From contig CM052816.1 of NCBI GenBank assembly GCA_028534125.1, positions 94,242,001-94,306,000 on the forward strand: a stretch of 64,000 nt of DNA, in the 5' to 3' direction. A program made the translations under genes and the position numbers. Below the pieces are notes generated by a model that ran no database searches, was not told the origin of the DNA, and saw only the letters and a list, made by a program, of their open reading frames with translations. Below are positions 61,701 to 64,000 of this stretch, piece after piece. This DNA comes from Lama glama. Its lineage: Eukaryota. Position 1 is the first letter of the stretch, and the number at the start of each line of letters is the position of its first letter.

Positions 61701-62914
61701 TCCATGTCAGGTGTCAATTCAGGTCATTTCAGGTGGCATCATGACAGTGGTTAACTTTAAATACTTGTGCATGTGTGTGCTCTACCTTAAGCAACTGTAA
61801 ACACCTTGAAACTACCTTTTGCGTTTTTTTGTTAAGGTGTAGGAGTTTTGGACAGATGTGCAAGAGACTATTAAATAGCTATTTAGGAGTGAATAGGTTT
61901 TCTGCAGGAAATATCCAGAAGTCATCACAACAAATCATATTACTTCTTTACACACCCTCCCTCTAAATGGTTAATCATTTCTTCTCCCCAATAACAAAAT
62001 AGGAAATTGGCCAGTGGAAACTCTTCCTGCCTCAGTTGTCTCTTATTTTCCTCCCGACTCAGGTCTCAACATGAATTGTGCAGAGTTGCTTCACTTTAAA
62101 TTACTGAAGTGTTACCAACGACACAAGGAGGAACTACATGCTCAGTGGAGGTCATTTAGAGACACAAGTAAAGCCTGTAGAGGGTGCCAGAAAGTCTGTC
62201 TTCGGTACGGCTTCTGAGAACTTGGTAAACTGAAAGTCTGGCTTCAGAAGATTTCACCATGTTTTTCTTTTTAAAAAAATTTGGGATTATTATCAATCTG
62301 ATAGCTCTGAAGGAAATGAAACAGTAAAGAGAAAGGAGGGAGTCTAGGAGATAAGCCAGCATTCTGTAGGTTTGCTTCAGAGCAATTTAGGAAATGAGCT
62401 GTTTCGATGTTTTGAATGAAAAAATGTCACCAGTCGTGAAGCCAACGGCACAACTGAATGACTGACCTGGCCCTATTACTTTATAATGCCACACCCACTC
62501 TCCTTGTGAATTTGAGAATAAGAACTATTATTTGGCCACAAACTTGAGAGAGATTTGCCTGACACTGTCTAGTGAATTATTTCAGATTACCGTGGGCTTA
62601 CCTCTGCTTGTATATTACACGCAACATTAATACTTTGATGCAAAGTGAAGAACATTTTTAATGTTAAAATATTTCCTCCCCCCAGATCCCCAAATATTAT
62701 TTTTCTTCTTGGCAAGAGCACTTTGAAAGTGGTATCAAGTATTCAGTTTCTAACTACCAACATTTCCCTTTTAATATCGGCTGTGAATAATCTGTGGGAA
62801 TTTGGGCATCACATTTGACGTCCCTGGGCCTCCAATTCCTTCTCTCAAAAAACGGTGCAGCTGGCCTCTAACATCACGTGGTATTGCAGTCTTTATTTTA
62901 TCAGTATAGGTGTA

Positions 62915-63035
62915 GCACTTTTGATGTACCAGGTATTATTCTGACATAATTAACTCCCTGAAACAACCTATGAAGTAGGTACTGATTTTGTCCATTTTAC
63001 AGGTGAGGAAACTGAGGTACAGAGAGGTTAAGCAG
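62915..63035 (-). mobile_element. MIR SINE
   Basis: ccattttacaggtgaggaaactgaggtacagagaggttaag core. Confidence 0.85.
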
Positions 63036-63091
63036 TGTGTCTGCCTCTGTGTGATGTCTGTTACAGACCAAGCTATATACACACGGGAGGT

Positions 63092-63432
63092 GGTGGCTCA
63101 GAGTTCAGGCTGCTGTAACAAATTACCGTAAACAGGTAATTTATTCCTCACAGTTCTGGAGTTTGGCAAGTTTAAGATCAAGGTGCTATCAGATCCTGTG
63201 TCTGATGAGAGCTAGTTTCCTGATTCACAGACGGCCACCTTTTCGCTGTGTTCTCACATGGCCAAAGCGGTGAGGGGGCTCTCTGGGGTGTCTTTTATAA
63301 GCCCCGTTCATGACATCTCCACCCTCAGTTGCCCTAATTATCTCCTAAAGGTCCCACCTCCAAATACCATCACATTAGAAGTCAGGATTTCAACATGTGC
63401 ATTTTGGGGGGACACAAACTTTCCGTCCATTG
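63092..63432 (-). mobile_element. MaLR LTR (MLT1A/MST-like)
   Basis: ttcaggctgctgtaacaaattacc...ttttggggggacacaaac. Confidence 0.82.
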
Positions 63433-64000
63433 TAGGTGGCTTAAATGGAAACCTGATTCCTGCGTCTAGACCAAAGGTTGGTTTTCCACAAGTCGATGGC
63501 TTGATATGGCAGTCGTAAATGTGACCTCTGTCCCTGATTTGGAATTTGTGCGAGTTCCCCCCCTGGCCCCAGCTTCCATTTTCCTGCCTGGTCTTTCCCC
63601 AGCATGTCCTGGGTCCGGCTCTCCACGACCAAATGGAGTCAGGGGAGGGGTAGGGGCGCACAGGCAGGGAAGCGTCCCCTGCTCCTCAGAGAGGCAGGGA
63701 TGACCGGGTTTTTTGGTCTGTCCTGCCAAAGCCAGCCTAGCACTTGAGGTGGTTTCAGCACCTTGTTTTTTTACAAGGAATCGAGCTCAGGCAGCTTTCT
63801 TTGTCATGAATTTACGGAAGTCAGGGAACTTTACAAAAGCATGTTCGCGCTTAGCGGACCTGGGTCTGCAGGTACCTCTGCCTCCACATCGCCAGTGTCA
63901 CTGTCTTTCCACTTTAACGGCTGGACTGGTCACCGAGCGGGGCCAGCTTTCTCACGGAGCCGTGTGTCCCCACTAAGCCCCAGTGGCGTTCCGGGCTGGA

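Larger units (their letters stand above)
36650..64000 (+). other. CTNND2: CTNND2 intron 1 (continues beyond the window)
   Basis: Starts at the GTGAGT donor. No exon-2-like sequence (AMPVPDQP...) is seen downstream, consistent with the known very long intron 1. Confidence 0.85.

Overview
Mammalian genomic DNA, most likely a camelid (two tRNA-derived Vic-1-type SINEs, cetartiodactyl-type L1 3' ends), with two 500-N scaffold gaps. The only protein-coding gene I can support is CTNND2 (delta-catenin), + strand. It shows a CpG-island promoter (~35.8-37.35 kb), coding exon 1 (MFTRRQSGAAPF-G, 36613-36649, GTGAGT donor) and the first ~27 kb of its large intron 1; exon 2 is not in the window. The upstream 35 kb has no recognisable gene and is rich in repeats: a decayed, internally deleted ERV1 provirus with integrase and env remnants, two related solo LTRs, an ERVL integrase/dUTPase fragment, MaLRs, L1, L2 and MIR. 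The most interesting signal is a second CpG-rich ~1 kb unit inside intron 1 (55.5-56.6 kb). It carries an RFX X-box and a short ATG-initiated, phase-1 exon candidate that could splice in frame to CTNND2 exon 2, and it is flanked by TSD-like repeats that hint it was inserted. Also notable are a uORF plus CGG and 9-bp tandem repeats in the CTNND2 leader, and a duplicated integrase-core fragment inserted into the ERV integrase C-terminus. All gene and repeat names come from recall, not database searches; repeat subfamily names and most repeat boundaries are approximate.
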